A stretch of 63,378 bases of DNA, filler included, from Sphacelaria rigidula (Eukaryota): NCBI GenBank assembly GCA_964200075.2. It is 9 parts of 9 records of this genome, joined end to end, with 100 filler letters (N's around TTAATTAATTAA, not from the genome) between each part and the next. Parts side by side here need not be neighbours in the genome. Positions count along the whole stretch, not along the records: positions 21,161 to 28,113 come from CAXNAA020017232.1; positions 28,214 to 35,166 come from CAXNAA020017233.1; positions 35,267 to 42,219 come from CAXNAA020017234.1; 6 more parts are not named here. One strand, given 5' to 3'. Below the pieces are notes generated by a model. It saw only the letters and a program-made list of their open reading frames with translations, was not told where the DNA came from and did not search any database. This document shows, in pieces, positions 24,986 through 37,187 of the stretch (positions are counted from its first letter, which is position 1; the number at the start of each line of letters is the position of its first letter). The position numbers and the translations under genes are program-made.

Positions 24986-25694
24986 AATAATAGCGATATT
25001 TGAACGCTCTGACGGCGAGAGTAGTTCATCTGTTGAATGGACATCAATTCCACTTGAAGGGAGTATACATGATGCAGACGGATTTTGGTCTCCGCTGAGA
25101 TTGCCTGACCCGCTGTATTGTTGTCTTCGTCTCTCTGTAGAAAATAGCATCAGTCGGGACGCCGTGCTGTCTACACACTGACTGTTGAAAACTCCACAGT
25201 GTGTTGACTGCTTCTTCTTCCGTAAAACGAACAAGGCGCTGACCAGACCCATAATTTCCGCGAAACCAAACATGGCCGGGTGGAGAGACACAACCAGCGC
25301 CGATATACACCGCTCGACCGGCTGGGCCAGACCCCGTGCTCCGATGAAAGGAGCGACCCACAGCACAGGCAGTGCGGATGTACTGCACCGTCAGAGTACT
25401 GCTTGCGCCCGACAGCATGGCTGCCGCTGCCGCTGGCATCGGCGCCAGGGCTCGCGGCCGCGGAAAGACACAACCAGTCATACTAAGATGGGGATATACC
25501 GATACACGAGAATCGCCATGACCGCCTGCGGCGGCAATGTACCACTCGCTGTCTGTTTGTCTGCGTGCTGCTTCGTTTCTCTGCTGTTGCTCTATCCGTC
25601 CCGGCGCGACTGTTCATTCATGTATACTAGTACGTAACACTGCAGGGATGTGACTCGAGTGTGCGAGCCAATCAGAAGCATTCTTCACTACATA

Positions 25695-26236
25695 CAGTAG
25701 TGGGCGGTCTAACTAATCATTTTGTGACATTTTGTGATTTTTTCGTAATTAATTGGCGATTTTCTTGGGCTCTTTTCGCCTGCCATCGCCTATCACATTG
25801 AAGATCTGAAGATATTTGTATCCGCTCCACATTCAAAGACTAAAATATCGTATGTACTCAATATTGAGTGACTTATGCGCTGACCGGTCATCGGGGGTCC
25901 TGCCACATTGCGTGACATACTCTCCGGTTTTTCGGTCGATCGAGCCTGTCCCGATCACATTTGTGAAGAAATGTACAGTTTTTTTCCAATTCTACCTACT
26001 CATTGCACTAGAGCCGAAAAACTGTTGTTCACGGTCAACAACACCCTCCAGATGAACGGGATATTTGCTTGTATCGCCCGATAACACCAACTAACACTGA
26101 CTTGGGCGCTGTGTTTCGAGGATGATCTGTTTTTTGTACCAAAATCTACCGACGCTAGCAATTTCAAGTCCTATTGAAGAGTAGTACGCGAAGAAAACTT
26201 CCAAACACCCCTGAATAGTTAGACCGCCCACTACTG
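25695..26236. mobile_element. MITE with perfect 21-bp TIR and probable TA target duplication
   Basis: CAGTAGTGGGCGGTCTAACTA / TAGTTAGACCGCCCACTACTG with flanks TA and CA. The opposite palindrome arm gives the empty site (TTCACTATATAATT), consistent with a 2-bp duplication. Confidence 0.9.
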
Positions 26237-26269
26237 CAATTAACTACAAAGGTCGCATTTCATTGGCGC

Positions 26270-26459
26270 TAGATTCCGCCGATTCCCTACCGAGGGGTCT
26301 CTGACTAGTTGAATTTAGCATTAACTACAAAGATATAGCCCCATGTATAGGCGTAGTGCCGTCTTAGATTCCGCCGATTCCTTACCGAGGGGTCTCTGAC
26401 TAGTCGAATTTAGCATTAACTACAAAAATATAGCCCCATGTATAGGCGTAGTGCCGTTT
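26270..26459. repeat. 95-bp tandem duplication
   Basis: TAGATTCCGCCGATTCC...GGCGTAGTGCCGT occurs at 26270 and 26365 with only a few mismatches. Confidence 0.95.
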
Positions 26460-28439
26460 TAGGGACAACGCCCATACATGGGGGACATATTTTTGTGGTG
26501 AAATGTGAAAATCAACCAATCAGAGGCCCTCTAGTGAGGAATCAGCGGAATCTAGCGCCAATGAAATGCGACCTTCTTGGTGAATTATATAGTGAAAAAT
26601 GCTTGTGATTGGCTCGCAGACACGAGTCACACCTGTTGTACACGCCGGGACGGATAGAGCAGCAGCAGCGAAATGAAGCAGCAAGCAGACAAGCAGACGG
26701 CGAGTGGTACATTGTCGCCACAGTGGGTCATTGCGATGTTCGTGTGTATCGGTATATCCCCATCCTACTGTGGCTGGTTGTGTTTTTCCGTGACCGCGAG
26801 CGCCGATGCCAGCGGCGACAGCCGCCATGCTGACGGGTGCAAGCAGTACCCTGACGGTGCAGAATGCCCGCACTGTGCTGTGCGTCGCTCCTTTTATCGG
26901 AGCACGGGGTCTGGCCCAGTCGGTCGAGCGGTGTATACCGGCGCTGGTTGTTTGTCTTTACCGAGCCATGTTCGATATCGCGCAATTGATGAGTTCGGGC
27001 AATATGATTTTTTCAACAGACAGTTTATACTAGTGTGTACAGTATACCGCACTGCGTCCCGACTGATACTATACTTTACAGAGCGAGACAAACACAACCA
27101 TTCAGCACCTCGAGCAATCTCAGCGGAGATCAAACTGCCTTCGCAAGATCTAAACACACCACAAAAAAGTGATGGGCTACAGCACATATGAGACCGGACG
27201 TGACTGTGTTTGCGCTGCAGGACGGTGAAGCAGGACATGTCCCATGTTTTAGTTCGTCGGCTGATTTTAGGCGGGTCCTCAGTGTTTGCCGGGTGTCAAT
27301 CTTGAACGCTCGACCATAATGGCGCTTCGCGCAAATAATTTGATTTACTACAAAATCGTCCTCATGTATGGGTCCTGTGCCTGGTTTCAGTGTAATTGAT
27401 TCGTATCGTACGGATCTATTCTTAGGCTGTTATATAGAGTTGCAACTCAGGTACGCACGCGCAGCGCAGGGACGTGGAATGACGCAAAAACATGCGTAAA
27501 GACCTTTTTCAACAGCGGTCAACTTTTTTTTAATTTTTTTTTTGAGCAATCAGGCCTGAAAAATCGTGGATTCAGTTACGTGTTCGAAACCGACGATGAT
27601 TCGTACGGATCGTGGAAAAGAACTAGCGCCGTGTGTACACATCCGCACAGAGAACCTCAAGGTAGGGAGCGTGACGTGTACCGGAACAGACAACACCATG
27701 GCAACTGTACTGTGCTACTCCGTTTGATAGCTGCGTTGAGCCTATCGGTACTGCTACGTGCACCGTACCGTCTCTACAGGACCATGTCCGCTGTGACAGA
27801 ACTTCAGGTTTATTTTTTTAGGAGAACATCGAGCACTTATCACTCCCAGGGTGGATCATGTGTTGCTCCGGTAAAATTTTCAATGAAAATAATGACTGCA
27901 AGATCCAGATCCGATCCACCGTGAAGGTCAACAGGTAAATGTTTAGGGCCCGCGGCAGGGAGAGATTTAGCTCTCCGCAGGTTTGGTGGAATCTCATCCC
28001 TTGGTGGTACCCATAGACAAAGAGAAGAAACCCAGTGAGGAGGGGATGCACTCGTGATCATGCATGCCATAGTCATGAGACAATTGACCTCGCATCCCTA
28101 CAAAGCCGGGACGNNNNNNNNNNNNNNNNNNNNNNNNNNNNNNNNNNNNNNNNNNNNTTAATTAATTAANNNNNNNNNNNNNNNNNNNNNNNNNNNNNNN
28201 NNNNNNNNNNNNNTCCGATGCACCCCTCCCTCCGGGGCGGTGGGCGGTGTCATGTGGCGCCCTTTCTGGTTTGCCTAGTTTATGCATACGCATAGCTGTC
28301 CTCTCAGAGGCCCAAGGATAGATTTCTTCTTTCTTCTTTTTCTTTTCACCTCTTTTTTTCTTTGTTTTCACCTTTTTTGTTTTTGTTTTGTTTTGTTTTG
28401 TTTTTCTTGTATCGCGTCTGTGTGAATTTTTCGTGGATC

Positions 28440-28564
28440 CGATTTTATTTCCTGATTTTCCTTTTACCCCAACATGGGGTGGTAGCCTGTGACCACGGCA
28501 GACGTCCGAGTCAGATGCCCAGTACAGCACTGCGCAGATACCGGAACGACTTTTTAATGTGAAG

Positions 28565-28596
<32 letters not shown>
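28440..28596 (+). repeat. Retroposon-like 3' end with (CAA)n tail; second copy reversed at ~22825-22920
   Basis: TAGCCTGTGACCACGG...CAGATGCCCAGTAC...TTTAATGTGAAGAC(AAC)n; a reverse-complement match lies in contig 4. Confidence 0.75.
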
Positions 28597-28597
<1 letters not shown>

Positions 28598-28649
28598 TAC
28601 ACAGCCGCAGCGCGAACAGGCATTTGAATTTCAACTGTAGGCACCTGCA

Positions 28650-31544
28650 TGACCAAACTACCCCAATGGCACTCAGATGCATTACGGAAACATCAACACC
28701 TGACAATCAGGACGAGGATGAAAAAGCGTCACGGCATGAGCCACCAAATCCTTCGCTGCCGCCCACGCCTGCAGCCTACCCTCCGTCCACAATGCAACCT
28801 TCTTCGGAAACGCCATATCTGGACTGGACCACCCCGCCTTCAAATTCCGTAACACCAACCCGAGCGCCAAAAGAGCCGCAATGCACAACGCCAACCAACT
28901 CGACTTCCGTGGATCGTACCGCCGCGGCTTCGCCCTTACCGCGGATGCCCCAGGTTTCAGCTGAACACGCATGGGCTCCACGCGCTGGGGGATCACCCCG
29001 CAGCGCACGACGAAACGCGTTGACCCGGCGATGCAAGATGCCGCGCAGGCGCTCCACTTTTGATACGCTGAGGCCTGTCGCCCCAGAATCCGTCACGCTT
29101 TCCTCCAGCGCGACCTTCCAAGCAGACTGCTCTCCCGCCGGAATCATGAATATCTCCGGGCCGCGCTCTACTAAGCGTTTAACCGCCGCATCCGTCACGC
29201 GACGACTGCCCAAAAGGACGGGCGTCTCCAAGCGTGGACCAGGCGGGGACATCCGCATCTTCATGGATTCTCACAACCGCCGAGCGTTGACTCCAATATC
29301 CTGAACCATCGGCAACCCAAGAAGTATAACACACGTGGACAAATAGTACCCTGTAGGACGAGCTGCACAGGGTTCTCCACAGTCTTTGTGAAAACCCCTG
29401 TGCAGCATTTGCAAACTCTAGTACCTGTAGTAGCATTTTGCATAGCGTTTTTGTCAAAACCCTGCAAGCAACCCTGTGGAGAGGCCTTCCCATTAATTAA
29501 AATTCCCAATTATTTTGGTGTAGAATCTGTATTTTTTTTCAATGGCTTCTGCTGTCCGAGATAAATCCTCTTTGTAATCGGGCAAAAAGGATTTCATCTC
29601 GAACAGAAGGAGAAGCTATTCAAAACAGATCTTTTTTTCGCCCAACTTATTTGGGAATACATATATATATATATATATCGAACAGTAGAAGAATCCATTC
29701 AAAATAGATCCTTTTTCGCCCATTTAAATTGGGCGAAAAAAAGTTCTATTTCGAGCAGCTTGTTCTGCTGCGCAAATCCCATGCACATTGATTGGCAGAT
29801 TTGGGATTTGAACAGCAGAAGAAGCTTGAAATAGACCTTCACTTTGCCCTCCAATTCGTCCGGAAATTGGGCAAAAAGATATTTATTGCGAAGAGCGTCA
29901 GCTGAGCGTCAGCTGGGCATATCCCGCATACTGCACCGTTATCAACGTATGGGATCCGACACGCAGAAAAGAATGTTGAAAGTAATTCATCATTTTGCCC
30001 CCCAGTCCATGTATACATGGGCTGAAGGATTAATAGTTCTCAACAGCTTTTTTTGCTGAATAGAGATCCAACACACTGATTACGAGTGTATGTCCACACG
30101 CCTACGAGCTTAGATGCGACGCTTCGGCTCAAGGCGTGGATGCTGGGATGGCGGTATATACCTCGCATATGACTCCACATAGCTTTTGAAAACCCTGTGG
30201 TCCGCAGTCTACCAAAATCACTCAATCGATCATGTTTTTGTTTAGAGAGATTTTTGCTTGATAGTTATTAGAAGCAGAAAATATCACCCTTATCAACAAC
30301 AAATCAGGTAGCTCGATGTGCAACCGATCGCACTCCCGAGCCCGAAATCGTGAGTTTAATTGCTACCAATGCAATTTCTCGACCGTTTTCTTCTGCCAGT
30401 ACCTTGCCCATGCTGTATGAGGTACATTGTATGTGCGCTGTAAAGGCTGTACAGCATATTAACAGCAATGAACACTACACGGATTGACGAAACCCTGTAA
30501 AGCGCCCTTTGTGGCACAAAATAAAACCCTACAGCCAGATCCCCGCGAGAAACGCTGCATAGTTTCCCTGAATCCTGTAGACATGCCCCAAAGGGTGCTA
30601 TTTGTCCACGTGTGAAGACCATTCGACCCCGGCATGATCGCAAACGAGATCAGAGGCAACTGCGCCGGCCCCCAGGAAGTCGAGAAAGTGAGCTGCAGCG
30701 GAACAGTACGCTCTATGACGTCAACATGCCGACACGACGCGGTGACGGCCTGCCACGTCCCGAGCGAAAACGGATTGCGCAGTGGTACACCCGGGAGAAC
30801 ACGCTCCAACGTCCCTACAGTCTGTACCGACAGACTCACATGACCCGTCCAGTGGGCGCCAGAATTCCGCTTAGCCTGAACCGCAATGGCTCCACGCTCC
30901 CTTTGATTTGGGAGACACAGCTCCGCAAGAATGTAGTTGTGCGCAGTCTCCACTGGCCCTTTATTCGCCGACCAATGCGCCGCTGATCCCACTTGACGCC
31001 ACGGCTGCGCAGTAGGTGAAGACGCCCCGGTAGGTTCAAACGGCACCGTCGGCGGGTATGACCCCCAGCCAGAAGACCAAGAGCTTGGCGAATCTCCGAC
31101 CAGCGCGTCAGCAGACGTCGCGCCTGGCGCTGCTACCGGTGTCGCCACCGGCGCCACCACCGGCGCCGGCGCAGTGTCCGACATTGTAGAAGTCGGTCCC
31201 ACCTGCACCGCCCGTTGCGGAGCAGCAGCACCTACAGCGGCGCCGCACCCTGAGCCAGACCCATGCTGACGCCGCTACCCCTGCTGCTGCCGCTGCTGCT
31301 GCTTATAGACCGCTGTCACTGAAGATCAGATTGCCATGTGGACTCCTCCCATCACGGGCACATGGACTTCAGCAGCTTTAGTTGTTTTTGTATTAACCCT
31401 CAGTATAGTAGAGGAGAACAGGACCATATAGCCTCTCTCCACCAGATTAACAAAACCGGCTGTACTCGTCATGGAGGTCACCATCACAGACTCCGGTAAT
31501 CAGACCCGCAACTCCACCTACAATGTCCCTGACCTTAGGTAACA
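28650..31544 (-). mobile_element. Degraded Ty3/gypsy LTR retrotransposon, interrupted by a DNA element and lacking the RT core
   Basis: Putative LTR 31337-31544 (TG..CA, then TGG). A protease-region remnant at 30615-31000 joins 29329 downward. Pre-RT VEPMRVQLKPGA..VRAKPRRY...WSSP..FPKK is fused directly to the RT/RNaseH linker W......W...KDLVAHAVTLFHP....LMFPDAS..HWG. Confidence 0.8.
29330..30614. mobile_element. Non-autonomous CACAC-ended (EnSpm/CACTA-like) DNA transposon, 1285 bp
   Basis: 23-bp TIR CACACGTGGACAAATAG(T/C)ACCCT with a 2-bp AA duplication. Removing it restores the gypsy frame MPGSNG-LILLGLPMVQDIGV. Confidence 0.92.
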
Positions 31545-31559
31545 ATGGTGGCTAGGTCT

Positions 31560-34500
31560 ACAGCACCTCCAAAGCTCTCTACTACCAATGAGTAGTTACA
31601 TCAGAGCTTGACAAACTCAGATATCATTGGTGCCTGATAGTACCGTCGTTTCCCGCAAAGAAATGCAATCTCTTCGCCGATTTCGACAACAGCTCTATAC
31701 AAGCTTGCCCCACTTTCGAACAACTCGCAAGAGATTCCAAGAAAATATCGTCCATCATGAACATGCAATCACGCTACTTGCACCACTTCGAGTTACCAAG
31801 CGATAGCTAGCGCCAAGGTCTCAAATCTTCGCCCAAAACAAGTCTCTTGACTCTTCATCGGCACGAAACCGAAAATGTCAGCGAACGTCAAATCCCGGAG
31901 CATTCGTAACTCATCGCCTCTCTCATCCGAGACAAGGTCCTTCTCAATATACAAGTACGTTCAACACCTGCGCAACGGAGTGCAATAGCCAAATGATACA
32001 TCATCGTCACGCTAGAAGGAAATAATGCACCCAACACGTCTAAAACGCACCTGACCTCTTGCTTCTGCAACACCGTAAAAAACGTATGCATCGCATGCCT
32101 CCCCGGCGTCAAAGCTCCAATGCTTCAACTTGCCTTCATTTCATAAAGACAATCAAAGAAAAGCCATGGCTCAAACTGCTTTTCAAGTCATGCATACAAA
32201 TCCAACGACGGCGAACGAACCTCGACCTCCGCCATCATTCATCACCCGTGGTACTATCGTTCTCAAACTCTTGTTTTTGAGCAAATGCCAGACATTTCTA
32301 TATTTCGTTTGGATCTTGGACCATCATATCCCATCCGTGCATCGGCCAAAATGTAGAAATAATGATTCCCTCGACACTCTTGCAGTCCACCTGCACCAGT
32401 TCTTCGAACAAATGGACGCATCATCCACATGCTCCTTCTGACATGAACGAAAAACCAACCACGAACTCGTTCAAACACGTGACGATCCATACAAAAACAT
32501 GCCACGGTCAAAGGTCATTGGTGCATGCGCGCATAATGTCTTTGCGCGCATAATGTCTTTATCTTCAACCACCGGAAGGACTTTCGTCATACCTGCTCGC
32601 ATACGACGAACCTACGCGTTTCGTACCTTTCAGCTCATTTTCACGCTAACAGCAGCAATCAATATATCCTGCACTCAGTACGTGCAAACCGCACAAATAC
32701 GATTCGACTGTATTCCTGCGCGAACAAAATTATACGAGCTCCACTTCATTTAGCATACAGCAGTATATTGAAAACTGCCCCGCCCTAGGTCGTCACCAGA
32801 TACCATTCATATCAGTACCATTCGAGCAAGCATTCGCACATGCCTGCCAAAATTCCACTCAGCATATGAAAATCCGTACAAGCATGCCAATATTTCACTC
32901 AGCATATGCAATGCCACCTTCCTCGCAGCAAACGCCATGCATCATCCGTGCCAACCAGATCAGTGCAACACACACATGCCAAATACCCACGTGTACGCCA
33001 GAGTTTTACCCTGCACACGCGATACGATCATACTCGCTCCACAACCATGTTTCAGGCGCAAGCATGACCACAAACCACACAATCACAAGCTGAAATCATT
33101 CTCAAAACGATTCGCGAATACCAGTCATGATGTGTTTCCTCATTCTCAACAAGCACTCAATCACCACAGCACTTGCTCCTCAACATCAGTACCCCACTCG
33201 GCGCTCACCACAACAGCAAACACCTCTGGTAATGCCTTCTTTGTAGTCCTCCAGCCCGCTCCTGAGAAACAGCAGCACTCGAACCATAACCCAGTGCACA
33301 GCGTAGATCAGCCTTTCCTCTCGGACACTCCCTCCTTGCACCTTGAGTCTAGCTACACCTGGCACCCCCATGGTGTAGCTCAAAACGCCTCTAAAAGGTA
33401 CACTCGCACCGCCAAACCAATGCGACAGATCATCTGCCTCCACAGATACTTGGGCAGTACTGAACACCTGTGCTTCAGTCAGTTTTACAGAGGAAACCAG
33501 AGGCGAAACGGGAACAGCTACACAGTCCCGAACAGCAACACCTCCTGATGGCACACTATCCTCCTCAAACACCCCGCGGCGAAACAGTGGAGACACCTCC
33601 GCCATCGCCGCCAAATACGCCAAAGCTGTCCATGTAAACAGCAATGCACACGACCACCCCAACACCACGCGACGCTCGTCGTCGCCGTCAGAATAGTGAT
33701 CGCTGACAGCATCACGAACCTGCAGCTCGCTCTGCGTACCTGCTTCACGCGGGTCACACGCCCCTGTTGTTTCGATCATGCAAGGCGTGTCCACAGCTAC
33801 GCGCTGCTCCGGCGGCAATTCCGCCAACCCGGCATCCACCTGTCCTTCAAGCAGACACCCCTCCGAATCATCCGAACGATCTCCCGCCATGTCACTGGCG
33901 CAAATAGATTCACCATGAGCACGGTAAGCTCCTTGCTCACCCTGCTCGCTCGCAATACGCGGATGACACCCCTCTGCAGCTTCGAGCATGCAAGGAGTAT
34001 CCCCAGCTTCGCGCTGGTTCGGCGGCAACAAGCAACTGTGACCTCCGCCCACCAGTACTTGCTCATTGGGCCATGTAGGCCCCGCCCTCTCCCTATCGCC
34101 AACAGCAGCAGCAGTATCACCCATACTCGCTGCAGCCGCCACTTTTTTTCTCAGCGCACTCCTGAACTGCAACAGAGGCAGCTGAGCGGCCTGCAGTCTG
34201 CTCGAGCGGCGTGACATATTGGCCTTCTCCAGCAGAAATACCAGCAGCATCCGAAGCAATTATTACATCTTCGGCGGGCGCGTACTCATGCTTCCCCGCT
34301 TTGATAGATACGTGCTGTGTCTCCTTCCCGCTCTGCACAATGGAAACAGCTGCCCTGTATCGTGGGTGAAGACGCGCCCTACCGACTGCACGTTCAGCGG
34401 TTGCACTATCGCACCTATCCCCTCGGGCAGACACATGCTTCTCGGCTTTCACAGGGTAAGCATCTACCCTGTATCGTTGTTTCAAACGCGCAGCACCTAC

Positions 34501-35100
34501 TGCACGTTCGGCGGGTGCACTGTCGTGCCTGTCTCTACCGCCGCCGACCTTCACACTATCTTTCACCACACTCGGCGATGCATAAGATGCATGCTTGCGC
34601 AGCGCAAAGAGCAATTTCTCTTGCCCAACATTATTCGCACCATCCAAAAATGTGTCACATAGACAGTACTTGATATGTACGGGCATCAGGTCAGAGACCG
34701 CTGGCTCCTCAACAACGTGCCAGGGTGCTTGACGCTCGTTCGTTACGTGCACCTCACGAAGGCAGTCCTCATACTTCCGCAGAAACTGAGCAAATTTTTC
34801 ACAGGAGAACTTGCGACCGTAGTAGGGCATATCCAGAAATCGTACACGGATAGTGCGACCATCGATGACAACATATTGTTGCGGCGCACGAACAACATGG
34901 CCGTCCACCGCGATATACTCCTGCACCTCGTACATTTCGGTCAGCAGTACAGCACTCCACACGCCTTTTTGAAAAACGAAGTCGCCTCCCACTCACAGGA
35001 AAAACAACTATTTCCTTATACCGAGACGCGCTGTACCACCTTACAAAGACAATGGCCACAGCGCCTCTTCCTCACGCAGGTCTCACCACGTGTTTGAAGT
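31560..35100 (-). mobile_element. Heavily degraded gypsy-like element (gag-like ORFs, decayed integrase)
   Basis: ORF 34117-34992 (FAQFLRKYEDCLREV...L.FALRKHA) looks gag-like and overlaps ORF 33186-34259. Around 32300-32560 there are faint integrase-like remnants (LCAHA...RG; CKSVEG..PNE). Confidence 0.5.
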
Positions 35101-37187
35101 CCTTAGACTCCTCTTCCTGGCCGTACCTGGCCAAGCGTGGAACAAGCAACTCTCGCTGGCTCCACTNNNNNNNNNNNNNNNNNNNNNNNNNNNNNNNNNN
35201 NNNNNNNNNNTTAATTAATTAANNNNNNNNNNNNNNNNNNNNNNNNNNNNNNNNNNNNNNNNNNNNTTTTTTTTTTTCAGCCCCTTTTTCGAAAATCGGT
35301 TGTTATTTAATTTTGATTCGGGGGGGGGGGGCGTTTCAATACGGAGTATTTTATGTTATGTTCTCTCCAGGGTGTGGCGTTTATTCAAGGAGTAATATCC
35401 GTCCTGATATTTGGGTGAGTGTACTGTTTATCCAGAGTAACTTCTTATCCGATTTCTTTGCATGCACTTGGACTCTGGTATACAGGGGTTGGTTTTTGTC
35501 AAAGAGAAAATATTCTAAGAGTGGGACGATGAGTTCGACGATTTTGGGAATTTATCAGGCCGGATGACGAGCGAAATTTGCATCAGAGATCAGTATTTCG
35601 AAATTCAGTGGACTGATCAACCGCTAATTTTGATTACAATATTTGTAGTGCTTACAGAGTTTACTTTTATGTTCCGAGTTTCTCCCTGATAGAGTATAAG
35701 CAGTACAAGTCGTTGTGAAATGCACGAGTGTACTGGTACACAAATTTTCTCTGGGTATTCCAGGGTCTATGAAATGAACGAGGTTCAGAAAATATGTTTG
35801 TCGTGTTCTGACATGAAGGGAGGGATCCAAGCTTGCAAGTTTTCACTGATGTGGGTTATATCAACTATTCTAGGCAGTTGAAAGATGGTCGACATCAGGG
35901 AGGCTAATGATGTTTTGAAAGTGACTGTGTCTTGCTTTTCTAGGATACGGAGTGGTACAAACAGAAGCAGGTCTTGTGTTCTTATGTTGGGACAGATGGG
36001 AAATCCATATATTTTTGTATTCGAGCATACCTCTAGTTTTAGCGGTTTGAACTTGAATTGATTCGATTTGAATTTGGATTTTGTTCTCGAACTCGAGGGG
36101 AAGTGGTACACACACCACTACTGCAAGTTTTCATTTTGCAGTGTTTATTTTGCATATTATTTCGAGGAGTCATGTTATTGTTCAGTGGAATGATATCTCG
36201 GTCACTGAACATGTAGACTGTGGACACTTGCCTGATGTAGACCGTGTTGTAGACGTTATGTTGAATCACATAAGACAACAGCATCTTGTTACCATGAGAA
36301 TAGCACGTTTTTGACAGATTCGAGTATTGGAAGGTTGAGTGTGTTTCTCGAATGTCATCATGGTAACTGAGGAGTATGAAAAGGGTGTGCACTGTGCATT
36401 CATGTGTGATTTTTTGGTTGTTCCAAGGAAGATTTGGGAACTGGTAATGATTGAGATTGATACACATACATCTATTTGTTTCGTGCTGACTGACGCAAAC
36501 AATTGTCGAAATGGAGCATAGATAGGTTACGAAGAACTGATTATATTCACGATTTTAGCTTTCGATTGCCAAAGTAGACGAGTTTGCGACGTCTGTGCGT
36601 GGCTGGAAAGGTTTTTTCCTGACGAGATCGGGTTTTCTTTTTCAGTTCTTGGCAATATAGTGTTGGATTCATGTCCTAGAGAACATGAAATATTTTTTGC
36701 GTTTTAGAATGAGGCATTATGTCTTCAGGATGAACTATCAGTCCTGGAGCCGTAAGCAGGGAGGCTAATCGATTATACTTACGCTCCGGGATCTGCCTGG
36801 ATACAGGGGAAATAGATATCAAGATTGGGTCATGACATACAGGGGAAGTACGAATAACAGACTAGTCCTGTTATTTGAGGTAAACCCGATGTGGTACTTG
36901 CAGTACAAATCTACTGGGGGCACACGCCTTCTCGCGTGCCGAAAATATGGGATTATGACATGTCATGTTTGTATGAGCGCTTTCCCCAGGAATGACTACC
37001 CCACTTCGTTCAGTGGTTTTCGGTTAGGTGTCGTGTTCGGTGTGTTTTCAGCATGTGTGTGTTATGTGTGAGTGGGCAAACACGAGAGTGAATTCATTAC
37101 ATAAATGATACCTGGTCTCAACTGACCATGGCAGGCCTACAACTTCCCGCGACAGTGCACCCAGTGCATGAGGCTTCCTATTATACA

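Larger units (their letters stand above)
25085..27135. repeat. Giant imperfect palindrome centred near 26460
   Basis: 25085-25694 plus 26237-26455 is the diverged reverse complement of ~26465-27135. The left arm carries a MITE insertion and a tandem duplication. Confidence 0.9.

Noticed and set aside
23535..27191. Paired similar ORFs on opposite strands
   Set aside because: They are by-products of the palindromes, with no conserved frame or known domain.
35300..36800. AT-rich decayed coding-like region, possibly a retroelement
   Set aside because: Too many stops and no firm motif to support a call.
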